NCBI RefSeq assembly: GCF_000237865.1 | Contig: NC_017459.1 | Coordinates: forward strand, 2,550,001-2,582,000 | Length of the DNA stretch: 32,000 bases | Origin: Haloquadratum walsbyi C23 | GTDB lineage: Archaea > Halobacteriota > Halobacteria > Halobacteriales > Haloferacaceae | Direction: 5' to 3' | Shown: in pieces, positions 9,063 through 17,201 of the stretch | Position numbering within the stretch: the first letter of the stretch is position 1 | Layout of the letters: each line of letters opens with the position of its first letter | Program-made: the position numbers and the translations under genes | The notes under the pieces: generated by a model | Databases searched by the model: none | The model's input: the letters and a program-made list of their open reading frames with translations, nothing else | Told to the model about the DNA's origin: nothing

Positions 9063-10424
9063 ATGGGCGATGATGAGTCGAAGTCGGCTCAGCAATCACA
9101 CTACAAGCGGTGGACTAGCGAGACAGGACCGTTCTACCGTGCTTGCGCCGTCCTCCCATTAGATAAGGCCTCAGATGCATCACTCCCCAATAAACCGGCA
9201 CTCGAGGTCACCTCCGGCATCACCCGACTGGTTCTCCGGAACCTCCCGATTGTTCTACTGGTCGTGTTGACAGTATATGTTCCGACACTCGCGTTCGGGT
9301 TTATTAGAGATGGGCGACTGTCAGTCTCCATTGGAACGCCGAACTTGATAACAATCGGGCTCCTTGTTCCGGCTGCTCTAATTGGCACAGTCTGGCTGTA
9401 TCTTATCTACCGCATCGTCTCGAGTCCACTGTACGGGTCGCAACTTCACCGAAGTACAGTGTTCTTCGGAACGGCTATTCCGCTCGGAATCGGCACCGTA
9501 TACACGCTCTACGATGTTCTATTGGTGTCCGGTTCGGCAGGCAAACCGGCCATGACGGTGCAGGCCGGCTACTTCCTGTTCGTCCTCATCGCCGGGCATC
9601 TAGTGTACGACGGATTGGTGATTAAGACAGAACACCTCTTGAGTCGATTGGGTGAGACGAGCATCGTCGAGCGAGCGGCGTACGACGAGTTCTACAAGGA
9701 GATGACCGAAACGCTTGAGCAATCGTACGAGGTTGGTCCTGTCGAGTTCCCCCGGTCGGTCATGTTTGCACTGGTGGTCGCGCTTGGCCCGCTCTTGCTA
9801 CCGTTTATACTCACCTCCTTCCAGCCGTGGGAAGCAACCTCCTATGTGGCCTACAACCTCGTGACGCTGTTCGTCCTGGCTGTGTTCTACGACGTGTTCG
9901 TATTGATTTACTACTTCGTCGAACTTCTCCGGCGAGATATCTTACAGTATCAGCCGTTCCATCCGGACGAACACGGGGGGTTCCGTGATTTAGGGCGGTT
10001 TGCGATGCGTGTGAATGTGATTCTGTTTGTTGCGGGGATGTACGTCGCCTATCGGTTCTACGCGGAGGGAGTCGTCCGTCTCTCAGAGACTAGCCTCTCA
10101 TCACCAATCGCCGCTCTCACATGGGGAGCATTTTATATCGGACCGCTTGTCGGGTATATTGGATTAACCGCGTTCTGGCTGTACCACTCCTTCCTTCGCA
10201 TGCACCGGAAAATGGAGAAGGGCAAGAAACAACAGATTGAGAAGAACCAGCGTGAGGCTCGCGAGACCGACCAGCCTTACTCGTCTGAATTCACGGATAC
10301 ACGGGCAGACGCAGAGCCGTGGCAGTCCTTGCAGGGTGCGCCGACGTGGCCGATTAAACGGCAGAGTCTTGTCGGCGTCATCGTCATTGACACAGTTCCG
10401 ATTGTGGCCTCGTTCGTTCTGTAA
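9063..10424 (+). CDS. uncharacterised polytopic membrane protein (about 9 TM) with charged C-terminal tail
   Basis: Long ORF with strongly G/C-ending codons, unlike its neighbours. There are multiple 20-25 aa hydrophobic segments. The basic, non-halophilic first 59 codons of the 8886 ORF are probably not translated, so I chose the start MGDDESK at 9063. Confidence 0.65.
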   Translation: MGDDESKSAQQSHYKRWTSETGPFYRACAVLPLDKASDASLPNKPALEVTSGITRLVLRNLPIVLLVVLTVYVPTLAFGFIRDGRLSVSIGTPNLITIGLLVPAALIGTVWLYLIYRIVSSPLYGSQLHRSTVFFGTAIPLGIGTVYTLYDVLLVSGSAGKPAMTVQAGYFLFVLIAGHLVYDGLVIKTEHLLSRLGETSIVERAAYDEFYKEMTETLEQSYEVGPVEFPRSVMFALVVALGPLLLPFILTSFQPWEATSYVAYNLVTLFVLAVFYDVFVLIYYFVELLRRDILQYQPFHPDEHGGFRDLGRFAMRVNVILFVAGMYVAYRFYAEGVVRLSETSLSSPIAALTWGAFYIGPLVGYIGLTAFWLYHSFLRMHRKMEKGKKQQIEKNQREARETDQPYSSEFTDTRADAEPWQSLQGAPTWPIKRQSLVGVIVIDTVPIVASFVL

Positions 10425-10463
10425 AGCGAACTGCGATCATCCCGCGTCGCCGATGCAGACGCG

Positions 10464-10601
10464 ATGGAGACGAAGGAACGACAGTTGAGTGAAGTGCGGG
10501 CGACCCGCACCTATCCGACAACGTTCACAATGTGGTCGCAGATTGGGATCAGCGTCCTGTTGCCTCAGGTGCTGCAACTCGTGGTTCGGTCGACACTGTG
10601 A
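10464..10601 (+). CDS. possible 45-aa small protein with hydrophobic C-terminus
   Basis: ATG..TGA reads METKERQLSEVRATRTYPTTFTMWSQIGISVLLPQVLQLVVRSTL and has the same GC3-rich usage as the upstream gene. A hairpin TCGACACT-N12-AGTGTCGA (10590-10617) starts at its last codons and ends 16 nt after the stop. Too short for the ORF track. Confidence 0.2.
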   Translation: METKERQLSEVRATRTYPTTFTMWSQIGISVLLPQVLQLVVRSTL

Positions 10602-10678
10602 CCTCTGCGAGTGTCGATATCGCTGAACAGCGAAATACAGCGAGATAAGACGAGGATTCTTTCAGTTATGCGCGAATA

Positions 10679-10891
10679 TTACCATTCAGCGACGTTACCA
10701 CAGTTCGGACATTTTCCTTTCACGGTATCTGATAGGATTATATTATTTTCTTTTTTCATGTTCCCGATGTTTTGCAAGCATTTCCCGTGGAATGCCGCGT
10801 CACAATTGGGGCATCTACCATTTTCTGCCTTATCATCTACCTCTCCGCCACAGACGGTACACGGGTAAGTATCACTTCCCAAGAGTCCCAT
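10679..10891 (-). CDS. small zinc-ribbon protein
   Basis: 70 aa with three CxxC pairs (CTVCGG, CPNCDAAFHGKC, CPNCG). Confidence 0.5.
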   Translation of the reverse strand: MGLLGSDTYPCTVCGGEVDDKAENGRCPNCDAAFHGKCLQNIGNMKKENNIILSDTVKGKCPNCGNVAEW

Positions 10892-11232
10892 GTGAATAGA
10901 TGGAAGAAGGCCACAAAATAAATTTGGGTTGCTCTGTCACACCGTTCTTGAGTTGTATCGACCGCTCAGCATCCGTTACTATTCAATCAGCAGAGAATGG
11001 TGGATACGCGCTGTGCATCTTGCACGACACGTTCTGACAGAATCCAGATATTTTTGTTTCGCTGTCTTCGGTAAGAGCCATCAGAGAAAATCAGTTCAAT
11101 CGATTGTCTTCTGTTGAGCGTAGTCTTATTGAACAGCGCAACAAGGTTTAGCGATAGTGAGGAGTTGGCTGCACTTCTTTGCTCAGTTGGTCATGGATCA
11201 TTCGATAAGCGAAAAGATTGAGTCGATAATGA

Positions 11233-11790
11233 CTACCCTTCCTCGTCAAATCGTTCAACAACGTCGGCAAAAGCGACTGTTTCTTTGACAGATGTGATTT
11301 CAATCGCAACCCGGTCACCCTCTGTTGCATCGGGGACAATGACGACAAACCCGCGCTCAACCCGCGTTAATCCATCACCATAGTCACCAGTATCTTCGAT
11401 TGTAACAATTCGCTGTTCGCCTTCATCAACCGGCGGGTCCGGCCGGTCTGTATTCGCGTTATGACCAGATGCACTGTCCACTCGCGCCTCTGTAGATGAT
11501 GAGACAGATGATTGCGTAGCGGATGATGATATTGATACATCTGAGTTTGAAGAGCTGTTGGACTGTATTGGAATGGTATCTGATGTTGTCGCAGTCGCGT
11601 ACTCAGTGCTTGTAGACTTATTCTCATCGCCATCCACTGGTGAGTCCGAGAGAAGCGCTACTCGATATGTAGTTTCGGTGTTGATATCGCCGAGGGTAAT
11701 CTCATTCGCTGGGATTTCAATGACTGATTGTCCATTGCTCTCCTGTACCTGTGCAGAAAACAAACACTCAAGTTGACCTTCAATATCCAT
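11233..11790 (-). CDS. TRAM-domain protein with Ser-rich linker
   Basis: The C-terminal TRAM-like OB fold is GEQRIVTIEDTGDYGDGLTRVERGFVVIVPDATEGDRVAIEITSVKETVAFADVV. It is preceded by a low-complexity S/T-rich linker. Confidence 0.8.
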   Translation of the reverse strand: MDIEGQLECLFSAQVQESNGQSVIEIPANEITLGDINTETTYRVALLSDSPVDGDENKSTSTEYATATTSDTIPIQSNSSSNSDVSISSSATQSSVSSSTEARVDSASGHNANTDRPDPPVDEGEQRIVTIEDTGDYGDGLTRVERGFVVIVPDATEGDRVAIEITSVKETVAFADVVERFDEEG

Positions 11791-11926
11791 TTATTACCTC
11801 ACACCTCTATTTGTCGCCGCGAACGCTGATTTAATACGCTATATATCATATCAGATGAGATCGTTTCAATACCATTACGATGGATAGAGCGTATAAAACT
11901 TCTGTACTGTGGTACAAGACGACTAT

Positions 11927-11954
11927 CTTAGGGCTTGACCCGAAGCGAGTTCAC
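11927..11954 (+). repeat. solo hairpin CTTAGGG-CTTGA-CCCGAAG followed by GAGTTCAC, related to the 28961/29301 hairpins
   Basis: It has the same CTTGA loop and GGG/CCC stem core, and a trailing TTCAC like the hairpin at 29301-29329. Confidence 0.4.
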
Positions 11955-12049
11955 TGTGTATTGGTGAGTGATTGTATTATCTTTTGTATATAACACACCT
12001 TCGACGGTTTCTCAACTATGAGCCTCAGCGTCTGCAGACTATTAACCAA

Positions 12050-12205
12050 TTATGATGTTAGTGAGTGACTACCACAAAATGGACACATAAATTGATCTGA
12101 ATCAGCGGTTGCATCCTTGGCTTTCGTTTGAACGGCAGTATTACGGGCAGTTTGTAATGTGACCTCGCTATAGCATGACTGACAAATGAGCCCACGATGT
12201 ATCAT
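12050..12205 (-). CDS. small CPxCG-type zinc-finger protein
   Basis: 51 aa from MIHRGLICQSCYSEV to FMCPFCGSHSLTS, with two CxxC pairs. This is a class common in haloarchaea. Confidence 0.4.
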   Translation of the reverse strand: MIHRGLICQSCYSEVTLQTARNTAVQTKAKDATADSDQFMCPFCGSHSLTS

Positions 12206-12410
12206 TAACCTGAAGAAAAGTTGTACTGCCGTACACAAGAGCGTTGTCTGGCGTTGTCAATGTATCTCACAAGCGGTCATATGAGATGATAATTGAATCA
12301 TATACTCTACATATCCAGCAGCTAATACCCCTGTGGCAGTCTCTTAGTGCTGTATAAATATATTCCAGCGCAATTATACGTTGAACCAATCCAATATTAT
12401 TGGTAAGACA

Positions 12411-12719
12411 GGCGCTAAAACTCCGCGCTAAAGGACTGTCCCTTACACATAAGTGGAGTCGTAACCGGGCGTTTCAGACGCTCTCAGAGGTATTTTGAAC
12501 GCAAAAAATCGAGGCGAGAAGCGACTCAGACAGTGATATCGGCTGTGGGGGTTATAGAACGCCGGTAATCAACTCCACTACAATTGTTCCAAAGAGGTGT
12601 TGAAACTGTAGATGCCGAGGATTTCAGTCGTGCTCGCCGATCCTGTTCCGCTAAAATCCTGACTCGATTTGTGGATAAGAGACAGCCGTTTACCGCGGGG
12701 AGGATGTCACAACCACATC
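12411..12719. mobile_element. MITE copy 1 (~309 bp) with ~35-bp imperfect terminal inverted repeats
   Basis: Left end is CTCCGCGCTAAAGGACTGTCCCTTACACATAAG. The reverse complement of the right end is CTCCCCGCGGTAAACGGCTGTCTCTTATCCACAAA. It has no ORF with coding character and is roughly 85% identical by eye to 13795-14103. Confidence 0.8.
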
Positions 12720-12734
12720 AGCCAGAAAAGAATA

Positions 12735-13733
12735 TCAGTTCGTGCGTATCTGTTCAATCGCTTTGCGGGAGACACTCGCATCTATTGCTCCTTGTTTGGT
12801 TGTCGTGATCGCTGCTGTTGCATTCGCAAATGAGAGTGTCTCAGAAAGCGTGCATTCATCTATGAGACCACAAACTGCACCTGCAAGAAACGCATCACCT
12901 GCACCAGTTGTATCAACAACATTGACCGAGTATCCCTCATGTGCAACCTCAGCAACTCCCCACGGTGCATCGTCTGTTGCTCGGGCAACTGCTCCTGTCT
13001 TCCCACGTGTAATGAATACTGTATGCGGTCCGAGGTCGACAAGCGCATCTAGCAAACATGTAGTATCATTATAATCAAACTCGGCAGCTGTAAGATCTTC
13101 AGGTGTTGCTTTTACTATATCAGCAATGTTGCACGCGTCTCTACATACTCTAGCGAACTCATCCGGACTGTCCCACAGTTCAGGACGCGCGTTCGGATCA
13201 AAAATAACGGTGCAATCGTTCTCCTGCGCTCGCTCAGCAACATCGAACATTGCTGCTCGCGCAGAGTCATCTGAAAGACAGATGCCCCCAAAAATAACCC
13301 ACGAAACGTCTTTTAAGATTGAATCAGGGATTGTCATCTCATCAAATTTGATATCTGCAGTCTTGGTTCGATAAAAATTGAATTGACGATCAGCATCATG
13401 ATCATGACTGACGAATGCAAGTGCAGTTGACCTCCTGTCATCACGGATCATAAATCGATCTGTCAGTCCATTATCAGTGAGTGTTTGATGAAGAAATGAA
13501 CCAAATTCATCATCGCCGATACGTGTCCAAAACCATGGTGATAAATCCAATTCAGCGAGTCGGACCGCAACGTTTGCTGGAGCACCACCAGCACGGCGAT
13601 GAAACGTCTCAACCGTTGATAACGTCCCTGGACGGTCAGGAATAAAATCAATCAATGTCTCACCCATAACAAGGATATCACTCGTTGATTCATCAGGCGT
13701 CTCCGATAGAGTGTCATGATTGGATTTCTGCAT
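12735..13733 (-). CDS. PfkB-family sugar/ketodeoxygluconate kinase
   Basis: GGAPANVA near the N-terminus and the PfkB signature VVDTTGAGDAFLAG near the C-terminus. The start is either MQKSNHD (13733) or 13769. Confidence 0.9.
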   Translation of the reverse strand: MQKSNHDTLSETPDESTSDILVMGETLIDFIPDRPGTLSTVETFHRRAGGAPANVAVRLAELDLSPWFWTRIGDDEFGSFLHQTLTDNGLTDRFMIRDDRRSTALAFVSHDHDADRQFNFYRTKTADIKFDEMTIPDSILKDVSWVIFGGICLSDDSARAAMFDVAERAQENDCTVIFDPNARPELWDSPDEFARVCRDACNIADIVKATPEDLTAAEFDYNDTTCLLDALVDLGPHTVFITRGKTGAVARATDDAPWGVAEVAHEGYSVNVVDTTGAGDAFLAGAVCGLIDECTLSETLSFANATAAITTTKQGAIDASVSRKAIEQIRTN

Positions 13734-13794
13734 ACTGCCTCTGAGTGTCTCAACCATCAAAAAGCACATAGCCCCCAGTTTATGGAAGTCTCAA

Positions 13795-14103
13795 GGCTAA
13801 AACCCCGCCTTCAGGGCTGTCTCTTACCCATAAATTCGTGCAGTCGTAAACGGACATTTCAGACGCTCTCAGAGATATTTGAACTCAGAAAATTGAGGCG
13901 AGAAGCGATTTAGACAGTGATATCGGCTGTGGGGGTTACAGAACGCCGGTAATCAACTCCACTACAATTGTTCCAAAGAGATGCTGAAACTGTAGATACC
14001 GAGGATTTCAGTCGTGCTTGCCGATCCCGTTCCGCTAAAATCCTGACTCGATTTGTGGGTAAGAGACAGCCCTTTAGGGCGGGGAGGATGTCAAAAACAC
14101 GTC
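13795..14103. mobile_element. MITE copy 2, same orientation as copy 1
   Basis: Left end is CCCCGCCTTCAGGGCTGTCTCTTACCCATAAAT. The reverse complement of the right end is CTCCCCGCCCTAAAGGGCTGTCTCTTACCCACAAAT. The interior is collinear with 12411-12719. Confidence 0.8.
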
Positions 14104-14279
14104 TCCGACGAATATTACTCGGTCTCCGTCGACAGATTGTGAGCTTCGCTACTATTGACATCCTCCTCCGCGTAATGGTGCTCCTGAAAACTTATTGAGG
14201 AATTCAATTCAAAATATTGTCATAAAGTGGCTGCTGATATTGTTGCGTAGGACCGATGGTTAAAAATGTTTCACGGAGT

Positions 14280-14520
14280 ACTAAACGCGGAGGAATCCTG
14301 AGCGTGAGCGTGAATGGTGGATATTTCAGGTTTTCAGCCCCAATCCCATTGCGGTAAGAATCCGTGTGGGGTTCGCGGACTGTCGCGGGGAGAGTTGGAC
14401 TGCTGGGAGTATCACATCTCAGCCCCGGCACTCCTATCCTCAGTCATATTGTGGCTCCCGGAGTTGTCTCTGCCTCGGAGAGTCCCGCAGACTTCAGCGG
14501 ACTTGGATAATGACTCTGGT
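14280..14520 (-). repeat. copy B of the ~245-nt GC-rich non-coding repeat (inverted relative to 1978-2219)
   Basis: The terminal 53 nt (14280-14332 vs 2167-2219) differ at only 2 positions. The remainder is about three-quarters identical with small indels. The predicted peptides agree only over the short stretch PPFTLTLRIPPRLV, so conservation is at nucleotide level. Confidence 0.7.
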
Positions 14521-14704
14521 GTATTAGTTATATGACAGGATTTCAAAAAGTATCAAGATTTAATTACTGAAACTGATGAAGTGGTCGAAACATTCAATAT
14601 ACCGTGTTTAAGCGTTTATATATGCGTATTTTTGAAAAGACACCAGAAGGATATATTATCGAGGAAAAAAGACTCACATTGCTGCAGGCTAGCAGGACAC
14701 CGTA

Positions 14705-15232
14705 ATGAAGGACGGCGAGCTTGATTCAGTTGACAAGCAGATTCTTTATCATCTCCAGCGTGATGCACGTGGAGTCTCTTCTCGTGATATCGGTGAAGAA
14801 CTCGGGTTATCACCCAGTACAATCAGAACACGATTAAACAAGCTTGAGGCAAGCGGGATTGTCCGAGGATATTATATTGATATTGATTATGACTTGGCTG
14901 GATATCCGCTGTATACAAAAATTATCTGTACAGCACCTGTCCCTAAACGCGATATGCTTGCAAACCGTGCTCGTGATATTCATGGCGTAACAGCAGTCCG
15001 TGAAATTATGACAGGAAAGCGGAATATATATGTAAATGCCATTGGGCAGTCACATGATGATCTGAATCGTATCGCGGGAGAAATCGATGAGCTTGGACTA
15101 GATATTGTTGATGAGCAATTAATTCGTGATGAATATGTCTGTCCATATCACGGCTTCCTTGAGGCTGAAGATGTTGAGTCAGCCGACGCTACTACTGATG
15201 TCAAATCCGATGACGCAAGTGAGGGTCGGTAA
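14705..15232 (+). CDS. Lrp/AsnC-family transcription regulator
   Basis: The N-terminal wHTH is LDSVDKQILYHLQRDARGVSSRDIGEELGLSPSTIRTRLNKLEASGIV. An effector domain and an acidic tail follow. Confidence 0.9.
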   Translation: MKDGELDSVDKQILYHLQRDARGVSSRDIGEELGLSPSTIRTRLNKLEASGIVRGYYIDIDYDLAGYPLYTKIICTAPVPKRDMLANRARDIHGVTAVREIMTGKRNIYVNAIGQSHDDLNRIAGEIDELGLDIVDEQLIRDEYVCPYHGFLEAEDVESADATTDVKSDDASEGR

Positions 15233-15311
15233 TGCAAATCAGCAGTGAGTGTCGGTAAGCAATTGATTTCGTAGCGATATATGATGAAGTATCTCAGAAT
15301 TAACTCTCACA

Positions 15312-15680
15312 GGCTAAATCCCCTTCCGCAAGGAGTCAGCTTTGCTGACGAATAGGGAGGAGAAGGGAATACAGCCGTACGCCAAACCCGGTAAAAAATA
15401 ATTATCACGTCCCCCTGCAGTGAATCGTGACGAGTACTACTCGTTGTGCTGGTCTGAGCCATCATAATAACTGTGGTCGGTCTGATTCCATCTCATCACT
15501 ATTGCGTAGGGCTGGGACAGTCCGAATCACGACGTCTGTGGAGACTGGAACCGCTGCGATCAAGAGTTATTGGGACGTATTGCTTGCAAGTACCGTCATA
15601 GAAGCAGACAATCTAATGTGAAAGCACGGAAGCCCCGTCCTCACCGGAGCGATAGCAGAGTACCTCCGGGGGATTTCACA
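15312..15680. mobile_element. possible third MITE-like element
   Basis: AAATCCCC (15316-15323) pairs with GGGGATTT (15669-15676). TCACA occurs on both flanks (15307-15311 and 15676-15680). The left end GGCTAAAT and right end GGGGGATTTCAC resemble the ends of the 12411/13795 MITEs. GC-rich relative to the flanks, with no convincing ORF. Confidence 0.4.
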
Positions 15681-16000
15681 CCCTAAAACATTCATTTTTC
15701 TACATGTTGTAAATTGTCTCGAAATCAAGCCCCCACTTTCCCATGGATAAGTAGAAACGTAATCCAACGCATATTACTCATTTGTTGGGTGGGTATCAGG
15801 TATTATCTTCTGATTAAGGGCATAGATCAGATTAAAATAGGATCAATTAAACTGGCGAGTACCAATTTCGCCTCATTGGATGGCAAATGTAATTATAGAG
15901 ATTTTAAGATTAACGCCTGCGCATTTTAGAATAGAAAGAATATTAATTATTTGTCAGTACACGTGAGTCTGAGCTCAGTATCGTATCTCGTTAATATCTA

Positions 16001-16879
16001 TCAGTCATCAGCAACCGCTCCACTCTCTGCGGTATTACTTGCAGGTGATGACACAGTTGGTTCATTATCAGCCACCCATCGTAATAGTAAGAACGAGAAC
16101 GCATACTTCGCGAGGATATCAAGTCCAGAATAGCCCCAAGAAGTAAGTCCAACTGACTGAATAAGTGCAAATCCTTCGACTCCGGCAGCCCAAATAACTG
16201 GATATCCGATCCATAAAACAACCGTTAGTAGACGAAGTGTCGAGAAAATATCATCAGTGCCTGCTGCGGCGGCTGAGACTGGCCACTCAAACAGCAGTGC
16301 AAACAGCACAACAACGAAGAACGTACAGCTGATGATGTAAAATGCCCAACGGAAGAGATATGATGAAGTAATAAGCGCAGCGCCAAGTCCGGTAACGCAC
16401 ATTCCAATATCAGCCGCAATAACCGTGAATAAGCTTCCACGATCAACATCTGCAAGGACTCCAAGCGCGAGGAGAATCATCGGCGTTGAAAGCGCCCATG
16501 TGAGATATCGACCCCATTGGCTCATAACTTCCTGACCAGCAAGTGCGTGACCAGCCGGCATTTCAATAAATCCAACTGTGAGTCCAGACGCCAACCCAAG
16601 ATAACTTGAGATTGAGACAAGTGGAATCATCAATGTTGCGCCCCAGATAAGTCTGGCACGCCCACTGGTGATGTTTCGCCCCATGTATACAAATAGAAGA
16701 ATCGATAGCCCAGCAAGAGCAATATTCACCCAGAGTGAGGAACTCAGCAACACATCATTTTGTACCTGTGAAAGCACATCCGATTGCGTCAGTTGTAATA
16801 CGGCACTATCTAATTGTTCAGGACCGATCATTCGCATACAGTGAGAATTCGTACTTCGAGTATATAAATGCTGAGACAT
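16001..16879 (-). CDS. hop: halorhodopsin (light-driven chloride pump)
   Basis: Helix C is RYLTWALSTPMILLALG, giving a T/S/A triad at the positions of bacteriorhodopsin D85/T89/D96. The retinal Lys is in DILAKYAFSFLLLRW. The protein is collinear with halorhodopsin through to the C-terminal ...ADD. The start may be MRMIGPEQ (16837). Confidence 0.95.
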   Translation of the reverse strand: MSQHLYTRSTNSHCMRMIGPEQLDSAVLQLTQSDVLSQVQNDVLLSSSLWVNIALAGLSILLFVYMGRNITSGRARLIWGATLMIPLVSISSYLGLASGLTVGFIEMPAGHALAGQEVMSQWGRYLTWALSTPMILLALGVLADVDRGSLFTVIAADIGMCVTGLGAALITSSYLFRWAFYIISCTFFVVVLFALLFEWPVSAAAAGTDDIFSTLRLLTVVLWIGYPVIWAAGVEGFALIQSVGLTSWGYSGLDILAKYAFSFLLLRWVADNEPTVSSPASNTAESGAVADD

Positions 16880-17201
16880 AACGCGATATTTAGGATGAAA
16901 AAATATCGGTCCGTCAAAATAATCAGTCGGAGTGAGTCAAAGTTAATTATATGTTCAATCAGCATTTGACTCATAAAATGCAGGGTTGAAACCATTCATA
17001 GGTATATACAGAGAAATATTGAACTCAACATCTGGATCATAAAAATATGAAAGCTTCATATTCCGCGTGTTCAATATTTCCGAGATGGAGACTCTTTCCT
17101 CAAGAAGTGAGTCGAGAGCGAACGAATAGGCAGGACACAGTCAACAGTCCTACGAATATATTCTATTGGATTGCATAATCAATGGCAGTTCGATGAAATA
17201 C

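Noticed and set aside
12440-12460. Resemblance of the MITE inverted repeats (CTGTCTCTTA...) to the Tn5/IS50 mosaic end
   Set aside because: The motif lies internal to the inverted repeat rather than at the very terminus, and the match is short. It is probably coincidental, or at best a distant IS4-family echo.
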